A DNA stretch of 64,000 nt from Macrostomum lignano (Eukaryota), in assembly GCA_002269645.1 (NCBI GenBank), contig NIVC01000654.1:65009-129008 (forward strand), given 5' to 3'. Made by a program: the position numbers and the translations under genes. The notes beneath the pieces were generated by a model. It was not told the origin of the DNA, searched no databases, and worked only from the letters and a program-made list of their open reading frames with translations. Numbering within the stretch: position 1 is the stretch's first letter; every line of letters begins with the position of its first letter. Below are positions 52,916 to 64,000 of the stretch, piece after piece.

Positions 52916-53055
52916 CCCTCAAAATTATTCTTCGGGCCAATCAAAGCCGTTTCAAATGCTAAGTTACCCTTTAAAGAAATTATAAATCGGCCTTCATTCC
53001 TTTTGTAGCCAAAAAAGTTTTATAATAATCAAGCATATTACTTACAGTAGGTTAC

Positions 53056-53559
53056 ATGCACTTTAAACAACAAAACTCGTTTCAGAACCGACTATTTAGC
53101 TCACCTGTTCGTGTTCATCTAAAAGGGCTCGGCTTATTCAAATCTCCAATGCCCATTACTAGCAGCTCCAAGCAGAAATCAACAACTTCTAAGAAGCAAC
53201 AAAATGAGCAACAGCAAAAGCAGCAGACAACAGTAGATTGCGCCTCAGCAATTCGTCTGTGCCCGAAATCTAGCGATTTGTTAATCTCTGTGCACGTTCG
53301 ACCCGGGGCTAAAATCAGTCAGCTGACTGAACTTGACAGTGATAGCATCGGATTAAGCATTACCGCTCCGCCAGTTGATGGACAGGCCAATGCGGCTGTT
53401 GTTGAACATCTGGCCAAGATGCTCGGCTGCCGTCGGTCAGATGTTGATTTGCAGTCGGGCGCCAAGTCAAAAGATAAACTATTGAGGGTGGCCGCTTCAG
53501 CTGGACTGACTGTGGAATCTGCCAGACAGGCGTTACAGCTGGCTTTGACCAAGTCGTAA
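53056..53559 (+). CDS. DUF167/UPF0235 (YggU/C15orf40-like) protein, intronless; likely start 53149 (MPITS)
   Basis: ISVHVRPGAK, ITAPPVDGQANAAVVEHLAKMLG, SDVDLQSGAKSKDKLLRV. Confidence 0.9.
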   Translation: MHFKQQNSFQNRLFSSPVRVHLKGLGLFKSPMPITSSSKQKSTTSKKQQNEQQQKQQTTVDCASAIRLCPKSSDLLISVHVRPGAKISQLTELDSDSIGLSITAPPVDGQANAAVVEHLAKMLGCRRSDVDLQSGAKSKDKLLRVAASAGLTVESARQALQLALTKS

Positions 53560-53989
53560 TTGGTTTTTTTCCTATTCAGTATCGCTTTCATTAGCTCGAA
53601 AAGTTCAGTTTGTTTAACTCTTATGAAACGGTAAATGCCCCTTTGCCAGACAGAGTAGACTTGAACTAATTTTGCATTTGATACTTTTTTAGCTTGTAAA
53701 TATATGTTTGATCCTATGTTTGGTTTTGTAAAAATTCATTTAGCGACTTGTTTTGTTATTTAAAACAGTTTGGGTAGATTTCTATCAACACTTTGTTTTA
53801 GTGCTACAATAATTGTTTGAATAAACTTTATTGATTATTGATTTATTGATTATTGTCTAGCCATTCAGTTGCTAATGGTTCCTAAATTAAAACGAGTAAA
53901 ATTCTTATCCTCCAATGGTAATCATATTATCTTCACATTGGTAACTATCATTAGAAACATCAAGTTAGTAATCGTTTAATTTCATGGCA

Positions 53990-55215
53990 ATCATCTGGTC
54001 GTAATCTGGTGATCGCCCAGTCCTCCATTTGGTGATCGCCCAGTCCTCCATTTGATGATCGCCCAGTCCTCCATTTGATGATCGCCCAGTCCTCCATTTG
54101 ATGATCGCCCAGTCCTCCATTTGATGATCGCCCAGTCCTCCATTTGATGATCGCCCAGTCCTCCATTTGATGATCGCCCAGTCCTCCATTTGATGATCGC
54201 CCAGTCCTCCATTTGATGATCGCCCAGTCCTCAATCTGTGATCGCCCAGTCCTCCATTTGGTGATCGCCCAGTCCTCCATTTGATGATCGCCCAGTCCTC
54301 CATTTGATGATCGCCCAGTCCTCCATTTGATGATCGCCCAGTCCTCCATTTGATGATCGCCCAGTCCTCAATCTGTGATCGCCCAGTACTCCATTTGGTG
54401 ATCGCCCAGTCCTCCATTTGATGATCGCCCAGTCCTCCATTTGATGATCGCCCAGTCCTCCATTTGATGATCGCCCAGTCCTCCATTTGATGATCGCCCA
54501 GTCCTCCATTTGATGATCGCCCAGTCCTCCATTTGATGATCGCCCAGTCCTCAATCTGTGATCGCCCAGTCCTCCATTTGATGATCGCCCAGTCCTCCAT
54601 TTGATGATCGCCCAGTCCTCCATTTGATGATCGCCCAGTCCTCCATTTGATGATCGCCCAGTCCTCCATTTGGTGATCGCCCAGTCCTCCATTTGATGAT
54701 CGCCCAGTCCTCCATTTGATGATCGCCCAGTCCTCCATTTGGTGATCACCCAGTCCTCCATTTGATGATCGCCCAGTCCTCCATTTGATGATCGCCCAGT
54801 CCTCCATTTGATGATCGCCCAGTCCTCCATTTGGTGATCGCCCAGTCCTCCATTTGATGATCGCCCAGTCCTCCATTTGATGATCGCCCAGTCCTCCATT
54901 TGATGATCGCCCAGTCCTCCATTTGGTGATCGCCCAGTCCTCCATTTGATGATCGCCCAGTCCTCCATTTGGTGATCGCCCAGTCCTCCATTTGATGATC
55001 GCCTAGTCCTCAATCTGTGATCGCCCAGTCCTCCATTTGGTGATCGCCCAGTCCTCAATCTGTGATCGCCCAGTCCTCCATTTGGTGATCGCCCAGTCCT
55101 CAATCTGTGATCGCCCAGTCCTCCATTTGATGATCGCCCAGTCCTCCATTTGATGATCGCCCAGTCCTCCATTTGGTGATCACCCAGTCCTCCATTTGGT
55201 GATCGTCCAGTCCTC
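53990..55215. repeat. 23-bp minisatellite (TGATGATCGCCCAGTCCTCCATT), about 53 copies
   Basis: Seen directly; source of the MEDWAIIKWRTG pseudo-ORFs. Confidence 0.96.
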
Positions 55216-55431
55216 AAATTTGTAACAACCAGGTAATGAATGTCATCAAAGTGTTTATCAGGTGGTCTTCACACTCTTCATGCTCTCAATTATCTAGTCT
55301 TCGAGTTGAAGTTAATATGGTCTTACTGTGTTTTAATTCCAGAAGACTCACCTGTAAAGTTGTAGCACTGAAGACTGTAAATATATTAAGATTATATTTA
55401 GAGGACATATAAAATTTAAAAATAATCAATA

Positions 55432-56148
55432 ATGTCTAGCAAAGCATTGGAGATGCTGGCTAATGAGATTGTTGAGGACAGCGATGACGATGATGTGCCG
55501 CAGTTATCCGCTCACGCACTGGCCGCACTTGAAGAGTTTTACACTGACCAGCACCAGCAAGAGAAGTCTGAGAGCGTTCAACCAGCTGAAGACTGGAATC
55601 TGTCCCAGTTCTGGTACAATGAAGCCACTTGCGAAACTCTTGCAACCGAAGTAGAAGCTTGCTGTCGGGAACAAAGTCCCAATTCTCCTAGCGAAGTAAT
55701 CGTTGCTTTCGTCTCCTGTCCGACGTTGTATTTGCACGTGCGAAAATTGCGACTAAATAAACAACAGTCGGTTGATAATTTGCACCTGCTCGAGTTTGAT
55801 ACTAGATTTGCTAGCTGGGATGACAGCTATCAGTCTAGATTGAATTTTCATCGCTACGATTATCGAGAGCCGGAAAAATTGCCAGCTAATCTGTTGGGCA
55901 AGTGTAGCTTAGTGATTGCCGATCCGCCGTTTCTATCAGAAGAATGTCTTCGTTTCACTGCTTTCTCTATACAGCGATTGATTTGCAGTAATAGCGGCAG
56001 ATTAATCCTCTGCACTGGGGCCGTGCAAGAGGATCTGGCTGCCAAATATTTGAATGCAAGCAGGAGGCAATTCAAGCCAGGTCACGCTAATCGGCTTAGC
56101 AACGAGTTTGCTTGCTTTACTAATTACTCCACTTTTACCTTTGAGTGA
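55432..56148 (+). CDS. EEF1AKMT1: EEF1A lysine methyltransferase 1 (N6AMT2/Efm5 family), intronless
   Basis: PQLSAHALAALEEFY, EDWNLSQFWY, VSCPTLY, LLEFDTRF, LVIADPPFLSEECL, ILCTGAV, LSNEFACFTNY. Confidence 0.93.
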   Translation: MSSKALEMLANEIVEDSDDDDVPQLSAHALAALEEFYTDQHQQEKSESVQPAEDWNLSQFWYNEATCETLATEVEACCREQSPNSPSEVIVAFVSCPTLYLHVRKLRLNKQQSVDNLHLLEFDTRFASWDDSYQSRLNFHRYDYREPEKLPANLLGKCSLVIADPPFLSEECLRFTAFSIQRLICSNSGRLILCTGAVQEDLAAKYLNASRRQFKPGHANRLSNEFACFTNYSTFTFE

Positions 56149-56204
56149 GATTGGCATCTGGAATCCGATCATTTCATCTTCTGCCTCCGCTGAAAAAACT
56201 ATGA

Positions 56205-58070
56205 CTACTAGCCACCCTCCCTGATCTTCAACTATGACTGCCAACCAGCCTCCCTGATCCTCATCTATGACTGCCAACCAGCCTCCCTGATCCTCAACTA
56301 TGACTGCCAACCAGCCTCCCTGACCCTCATCTATGAGTACCAACCAGCCTCCCTGATCCTCATCTATGAGTGCCAACCAGCCTCCCTGATCCTCATCTAT
56401 GACTACCAACCAGCCTCCCTGACCCTCATCTATGACTACCAACCAGCCTCCCTGACCCTCATCTATGACTACCAACCAGCCTCCCTGATCCTCAACTATG
56501 ACTGCCAATCAGCCTCCCTGATCCTCATCTATGACTGCCAACCAGCCTCCTGATCCTTATCTATGACTGCCAACCAGCCTCCCTGACCCTCATCTATGAC
56601 TACCAACCAGCCTCCCTGACCCTCATCTATGACTGCCAACCAGCCTCCCTGATCCTCAACTATGACTGCCAACCAGCCTCCCTGATCCTCATCTATGACT
56701 GCCAACCAGCCTCCCTGATCCTCATCTATGACTGCCAACCAGCCTCCCTGATCCTCATCTATGACTGCCAACCAGCCTCCCTGATCCTCATCTATGACTG
56801 CCAACCAGCCTCCCTGATCCTCATCTATGACTGCCAACCAGCCTCCCTGATCCTCATCTATGACTGCCAACCAGCCTCCCTGATCCTCATCTATGACTGC
56901 CAACCAGCCTCCCTGATCCTCATCTATGACTGCCAACCAGCCTCCCTGATCCTCATCTATGACTGCCAACCAGCCTCCCTGATCCTCATCTATGACTACC
57001 AACCAGCCTCCTTGACCCTCATCTATGACTACCAACCAGCCTCCTTGACCCTCATCTATGACTACCAACCAGCCTCCCTGATCCTCAACTATGACTGCCA
57101 ACCAGCCTCCCTGACCCTCATCTATGACTGCCAACCAGCCTCCCTGATCCTCATCTATGACTGCCAACCAGCCTCCCTGACCCTCATCTATGACTGCCAA
57201 CCAGCCTCCCTGATCCTCATCTATGACTGCCAACCAGCCTCCCTGATCCTCATCTATGACTGCCAACCAGCCTCCCTGATCCTCATCTATGACTGCCAAC
57301 CAGCCTCCCTGATCCTCATCTATGACTGCCAACCAGCCTCCCTGATCTTCAACTATGACTACTAGCCACCCTCCCTGATCTTCAACTATGACTACTAGCC
57401 ACCCTCCCTGATCTTCAACTATGACTACTAGCCACCCTCCCTGATCTTCAACTATGACTGCCAACCAGCCTCCCTGATCCTCAACTATGACTGCCAACCA
57501 GCCACCCTGATCTTCAACTATGACTGCCAACCAGCCTCCCTGATCCTCATCTATGACTGCCAACCAGCCTCCCTGATCCTCAACTATGACTGCCAACCAG
57601 CCTCCCTGATCCTCATCTATGACTGCCAACCAGCCTCCCTGACCCTCATCTATGACTGCCAACAAGCCTCCCTGATCCTCATCTATGACTGCCAACCAGC
57701 CTCCCTGACCCTCATCTATGATTACCAACCAGCCTCCCTGATCCTCATCTATGACTGCCAACAAGCCTCCCTGATCCTCATCTATGACTGCCAACCAGCC
57801 TCCCTGATCCTCATCTATGACTGCCAACCAGCCTCCCTGATCCTCATCTATGACTGCCAACAAGCCTCCCTGATCCTCATCTATGACTACCAACCAGCCT
57901 CCCTGATCCTCATCTATGACTGCCAACCAGCCTCCCTGATCCTCATCTATGACTGCCAACCAGCCTCCCTGATCCTCATCTATGACTGCCAACCAGCCTC
58001 CCTGATCCTCATCTATGACTGCCAACCAGCCTCCCTGATCCTCATCTATGAGTGCCAACCAGCCTCACTG
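56205..58070. repeat. 33-bp minisatellite (CTATGACTGCCAACCAGCCTCCCTGATCCTCAT), about 56 copies
   Basis: Starts about 60 bp after the EEF1AKMT1 stop; source of the AVIDEDQGGWL pseudo-ORFs. Confidence 0.96.
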
Positions 58071-58698
58071 ATCATTAGCGTCAAACCACCATTTAATAAG
58101 TAATCTGTGTACTGTAATTTTTATGTATCTCTATTGCTAAGAGTACTTTTTATGTATTTGCGCTTTAAAAAGCCTGGTTCGCTGTTTGGTTTGAGATAAT
58201 CTCGTTATAGATAAATTTGTTAGTAGCTACTTGAAATCTTCAATTTATTCGAACACCTCTATTCTTACCCGTATTGATACTGTATGAATACTGGTATTGC
58301 GTTTCTAGTTTCTCTTTCGTAGCCTTAGTTTTTTTCGTACCCAGTAGTAAATTCTTTTTTCACTTGCTTTACGCATTTTTCTTCTTTTATCGTTTTTGAT
58401 ATACGTAGAAAAAACTTTTAGTCGTACTTGTTCTATTTATGATTATTGTAAGTTACTGTATGCGTTTTTTTTTCAACCTATAAATACACATTACAAATTC
58501 GCCCTTCTTGCTCCGAGTTGTTTTTAAACTTTTCTAATATTATTATTATTTATTATTGTAGAATGTTGAGTAACATTAGTTTGGGTCACATGTACGAGCG
58601 TACAAAAGTTCTACCTTTAGGCTTGTCATAAGACTTCACCCATGACGTGTAACTTTTAGAAGTATGTTGTTGCACTGCTCGTGAAATCTGATGGATGC

Positions 58699-59050
58699 TA
58701 GGCATGGCCATAGACACGATTACACTGGTTAGAAATCAATTTAGGCATGGCCATAGACACGATTACACTGGTTAGAAATCAATTTAGGCATGGCCATAGA
58801 CACGATTACACTGGTTAGAAATCAATTTAGGCATGGCCATAGACACGATTACCCTGGTTAGAAATCAATTTAGGCATGGCCATAGACAAGATTACACTGG
58901 TTAGAAATCAAGTCAGGCATGGCCATAGACAAAATTACACTGGTTAGAAATCAAGTTAGGCATGGCCATAGACAAAATTACACTGGTTAGAAATCAAGTT
59001 AGGCATGGCCATAGACAAAATACACTGATTGGAAATCAAGTTAGGCATGT
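58699..59050. repeat. 43-bp tandem repeat (TAGGCATGGCCATAGACACGATTACACTGGTTAGAAATCAATT), about 8 copies
   Basis: Seen directly. Confidence 0.93.
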
Positions 59051-59460
59051 GACAGTCCATTCTGACAATTTTCTTGCTGTTGATGAAACAATTATTCGCT
59101 AACAGGTAAGAGAAACTTCAAAGGACAAGCCAAGATGATCAGCTCTCTTTTTTCACTGGTAGTCCTTGGGTACTGGCGAATCCGGTTGTCCATGGCCCTT
59201 TCTGTGATATGCCGCACACACACAGACACTTAATAAGGATAGTAGAAGGCCATAAAAGGCATGAGTTTAGACACTGATGTCCAATTCGACTGCCCAATGT
59301 CTAACTTGATTTTTAGTCAGTGTTATACTGTCCATCGTCATACACTGCTTTAATTGCATTTCAACTAATTTACACTAGTATGCTATATTTACTAAGAGTT
59401 AATAGTAGAAACACATGCTCATTTTCGAATTCACCCGCAGCCTAGCAACCCAAACCGGAC

Positions 59461-62314
59461 ATGGCAACTAGAAAAGACGCGATGCGCATCATGCGCGAAT
59501 GCCTAGACTTTCTCTTTGGAGTAGACCGATCGGAAAAGGTATTACAATCTACTATGCGCAATGCTGCATTTCTCAATCGCCTAGAGAAGAATTGCCGGCC
59601 TCAGCTGGACATATTTGCCGATATCGTGTCGGCCTATAGAGACAATCACATCCTGCTGTCTATTGGCGAATTAACCAGACGGTTAGTTAACGAATTGCGC
59701 TCCCTGCCTCTACCGGAGGGTGACGATTCTGCCGATAGTTCGCAGTACATTTTCCACTCGCAGCAGGCTATTATCGAACGCGTACCAGCTCCAATTGGCA
59801 AATGCTCAGTATCTAACGATTTCATTCGCATTGTTCAGGCTAAACCGCCGGTTGATTATATTGATCCACCAAGCCTTGGGGATGGCAATGATAATGCTGA
59901 TCAACCGGAGGAGCCAGATCCTGAAGAGTTTATTGAAACCATGGCCGGAGAAGAAGAAGAAGAGGTGATTCAAGAGCACAATTCAATACTCTTTGACGAT
60001 AATGATAAAGGCGAAGCTAACGATCTAGACGATGCTGATATTGAAAGTCTTGCCGAGTCTGACGATGCAACTAGAAAGAGATCCGTGTCCACCGAAGCGA
60101 TTCGAATCGCACTAAAAACTGAACGGCTTCGCAGGCGCAGCACGCCGTCATCAACTGGCGCCTCCTCCGCTGTATCTTCGCGTAGTGGCCAGTCGCCTGC
60201 TGATGTGCAGCAGCCGCGTAGGGCACAGTTAAATTTACCGGTTCCAGTCGATCTTAACGATGCCGAAATAGCTGTCAGTTTGCCTGCTGAGCAGCAGCAT
60301 CAGAATCAGCTGCGAGACTCCGAAGCTGGTATTCGGCTATCAAAATCGTTCAGCTTAAGTCCGGCTTTTGGCAACGTTTTCTCTGACAACGATTTCGACG
60401 ATTTGGATTTCGGTTCGCCTCAGTTTGAACCGGGCGCTCCGTTGGCGGCTACGGCTGCTGCCAGCGGCTCGAAATTGTCGCGTCTGCGTTTGCAGCAGCA
60501 AGAAGAGCAGCATCAGCAGCAGCAAGAGGCCGAGATTCGAAGGCGGGAAGCTGAGCAGGAGAGAGTTAAGGCTGAAAAAGACGCCGAACGTACTAGACTG
60601 GAGGCTGAGCTTGAAGAAAAGCGAAAGAAGGAAGCTGCTGAGTTTGAAGCTAGACAACAGAAAGCAAACGATCGAGAGAAACGAAAAGCCGAGAAAGAGG
60701 CTGAGCGCAAGAAAAAGGAAGCTAAGCTGGAGGCTAAGCAGAAACAAAAAGAAGCCGAGTTGGAGGCTGAGCGAGAAAGGAAGGAAGCTGAACGCAGACA
60801 AAAGGAGGCCGAGTTGGAAGCTGAACGAGAAAGGAAGGAAGCTGAACGCAGGCAAAAGGAGGCCGAGTTGGAAGCTGAACGAGAAAGGAAGGAAGCTGAA
60901 CGCAGGCAAAAGGAGGCCGAGTTGGAAGCTGAACGAGAAAGGCAGGAGGCTGAGCGTAAACAGAAAGAAGAGTTAGAAGCCGAGCGAGAAAGGCAGGAAG
61001 CTGAAATGAGGAAGGAAAAGGAGTTGGAAGCCGAGCAAGAAAGGCGGGAGGCTGAGCGTAAACAGAAAGAAGACGAGTTGGAAGCTAAGCGCAGACAAAA
61101 GGAAGTCGAGTTGGAAGCTAAGCGCAGACAAAAGGAAGTCGAGTTGGAAGCTAAGCGCAGACAAAAGGAAGTCGAGTTAGAAGCTAAGCGCAGACAAAAG
61201 GAAGTCGAGTTGGAAGCTAAGCGGGAGAAGAAGGAAGCTAAACTTGGACGACAGAAGGCTGAGTTGGAAGCTGAGCAAGAAAGGCAGGAGACTGAGCGCA
61301 AAGAGAAAGAAAACAAGTTAAAAGCTGATCGCAAGAACAATAAAGCCGAGTTAGAAGCTGAACAAGAAAGCAAATATGCTAAGAAGCAACGTGTCGTCAG
61401 AAATTCTAGGCGTAACCGGGTTGACGATGATGAATTGGAAGCTGAGCAAAAAGAGACCAGCTCAAAGCCAATACCTGGTCGCAAAGGCCGGCAGCTTCGA
61501 AGCAAACCGGAACGCAAAAATGATGCAAAAGCCGCTAATGCCGAGACGAAGTCCTGCGCTAGAAAGCGCAGAGCCCCGGACGAGTCTGGTTTTTTAGGAT
61601 CGCTGCGTCGAAAGCACAAAGTAGATTTGGACGCCGAAACTAGCAATGCGTCATCGGAAGAAGGCGACGAAAGCAACTCGGAACAGTTGGATGATAGCGC
61701 AGTTTCCGAGCCGGATTCAGACAGGCAGCGGCCTCCAACACCGCAGCCTGGCGCTAGCAAGAGTCAAAGGTGCAGCTCCCGACAGGGCCGCTTAAGTAGT
61801 CCGCCGCAATCGCCAACTTTCTTTACGGCCGATGCCGCCGCTACAGCGGCTGCTCCGGACGAGTTTGCTGAACTCGATCGTCTAGTTCGCGAGCGCGGCC
61901 GTTGTCTGTTTGATGAAGAAGTTCATGACGATAATGAAGTACCCGAGGCTGTCGTTGAAGATAAAGCATCGGCTCCTGAACTTGTTATAGAGCAACAGCA
62001 GCAGCCTGACGAGGCTAAAGAGGCTTTGGTTCCGCCAGTTTCCAACAATAAATCGAAGAAGCAGCCGGAAAAGAAGCCCAAAACTGAGGATAACAACAAT
62101 CGGCCGGCCCGACGCGCCGCTGCTCAGCGAGCCAATGTCTCCCTGTCGGCCACGTCGATGTCGCAGGCTATCGACCAGTTTAATGCCGGCCTTGGTTTAG
62201 GCGTTGCTGGCGACGAGCACAATGAGAAACGTCGACGTCCCGCTCCGACAATGCTTTCTAAGAAATCGAAGATTACAAAAACGACTCGCCAGCCGGAACC
62301 GCAAGAGGATAAAG

Positions 62315-62351
<37 letters not shown>

Positions 62352-63081
62352 ACCGCAAGAGTCGGCGTTAGATGTAGATGAATCTGCATCGCCTGTGTGG
62401 CGTTTCAACGACGCTCAATCGTCTACTTCGCCGCGCAAGTTTTTCTCAACAACATTCGCCGACCGGCGTCGCTCGGAAGCGAAGCGTCTGCTCACTGCCA
62501 AAGAGCAGTTCGGCTACAAGCTCTATCATCTTAATCGGCCAGCTAATCCGTCCTTTAATGCCGTGCTAAAACCGACTCACAATCTAACCGATCCAGTCAT
62601 GTCTAAGGTTGCCGGTCAGAAGAGTCGAAAGAGGAAACCGCAGCACAAAAATAGCGTCACTTTCTGTGCCGAAGAGGACGAGGAGGAGGCCGATCTGTTC
62701 GCCGAGGTTAGGCCTCGTAAAACGGCCCGCCAGACTCCGCAGCGGCAACAACAGACACCAAAGATGCGTAAACAGCTGGACTATCTGACAATGATGCAGG
62801 AGGACAATGATGCTGACGCAGACGAGGATCGCCGAATGCTGATGAACATCGAAGACGATGACGACGAAGTCGACAATGTCGATCGTGGGCGTCGACCGCG
62901 GCAAAGTCGATTTGCCGGCCTGCCGAAACCGGACGCTGGCACCCTGTTTCGTATGGTTCGATTCCGTCGGAAATTAGTTAACCTGTTGGACCAGCTGGCG
63001 GCCGAGTATCCGCAGGTGGCCGAGGCGATCGGCCAGATTGAGAAGGGCGAAGTTCGCAGCGTTGACGAAGTTGTGCTTTAA
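59461..63081 (+). CDS. Uncharacterised 1206-aa protein: helical N-terminal domain, acidic disordered regions, central E/R/K-rich repeat helix, basic patches, short helical C-terminus
   Basis: A single 3.6-kb open frame with ATG 20 nt after the acceptor CCCGCAG (59440). Internal 18-aa and 11-aa repeats. Family not recognised with confidence. Confidence 0.8.
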
Positions 63082-63504
63082 ACCAGCTGACTGTGGCATG
63101 GTTTTTTAAACATGAAACTTTTTTTTCTTCTGCTCGGCAGTTTATTATTCTTTTTTGTCTTCTAAAAGTGTCATTAAACATTGTCGCCATTTTGTTATTT
63201 TCACTGTCAATTGAGTAGTGTGTTCTGTAAATTGAATTTCAGTTTTTTTCTTTGTTGTCAGTTTTTTTGAAATTTTTATTTAGCTTTCTTTTGTTTTTTT
63301 TAGTTTTCTTCCTTCAAAAAATTTTTTGAAGGTGTGTGTTCCGTTTTCTTATACGTATTTTGTTCTTTGCAAAATACATTTTGCCCTCTATAGCTATTTC
63401 CATAAAGACCGATATGTAGCGAAAAAAACTTTCTAGCTAACTGTATGATCTAGGTCGAAATTACGAGCTCGTAATACCGCTGTCAAAATTTTCACCCTTA
63501 GTTC

Positions 63505-63960
63505 TATTTGAGCCGATATGTATCGAAAACAGTTATAACTTTAAATAGCTATCGGTTTGGATCAATGAGCCGATATGTATCAAAAACAGTTATAACTTTA
63601 AATAGCTATCAGTTTGGATCAATGAGCCGATATGTATCGAAAACAGTTATAACTTTAAATAGCTATCGGTTTAGATCAATGAGCCGATATGTATCGAAAA
63701 CATGCATAACTGCAAATAGCTATCGTTTTAGATCAATGAGCCGATATGTATCGAAAACATGCATAACTGCAAATAGCTACCAGTTTAGATCAATGAACCG
63801 ATGTGTATCGAAAGCATGCTTAACTGCAAATAGCTATCGGTTTAGATCAATGAGCCGATATGTATCGAAAACATGCATAACTGCAAATAGCTATCGGTTT
63901 AGATCAATGAGCCGATATGTATCGAAAACATGCTTAACTGCAAATAGCTATCAGTTTAGG
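63505..63960. repeat. 57-bp tandem repeat (GAGCCGATATGTATCGAAAACATGCATAACTGCAAATAGCTATCGGTTTAGATCAAT), about 8 copies
   Basis: Seen directly. Confidence 0.93.
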
Positions 63961-64000
63961 TTTAGCTTTGATTTAGATTTGGTCAATATAGCTCCTATCT

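Noticed and set aside
53100-55355. CTCACCTGT near the 5' ends of OVCA2, DUF167 and EEF1AKMT1
   Set aside because: Its position relative to the acceptors is inconsistent (upstream in one, downstream in two), and a short motif can recur by chance.
60355-61760. Long antisense and alternate-frame ORFs over the charged repeats
   Set aside because: They are shadows of the repetitive 1206-aa CDS.

Overview
Eukaryotic (animal) genomic DNA with GT-AG introns, very many unrelated minisatellites and Gln/Ala-rich proteins. The style fits a flatworm such as Macrostomum, but that is inference and not shown by the sequence. Genes that can be rebuilt by hand: a head-to-head pair of insulin-degrading-enzyme-like (M16) genes (the + copy has 10 in-frame exons but no HxxEH motif; the - copy is frameshifted), a rhodopsin-class orphan GPCR (-), then seven consecutive + strand genes: OVCA2/FSH1 hydrolase, IFT52, GTF3C5, an SLC36-like amino-acid transporter, a DUF167 protein, EEF1AKMT1 and an intronless 1206-aa charged-helix protein. 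The most striking feature is a 2,420-bp Polinton/Maverick-like mini-element (12267-14686). It has AGTAGT termini, 155-bp TIRs with one mismatch and a 6-bp CACCGG TSD. It carries one intact ORF with tandem PC4-like domains plus a short integrase-like remnant, and it interrupts the CCHC zinc knuckle of a dead non-LTR retrotransposon. Also present are a tRNA-headed SINE-like family with a conserved hairpin, several MITEs, and a GTF3C5 first exon that lacks an ATG, which a trans-spliced leader could supply. Most long ORFs in the supplied track are artefacts of tandem repeats.
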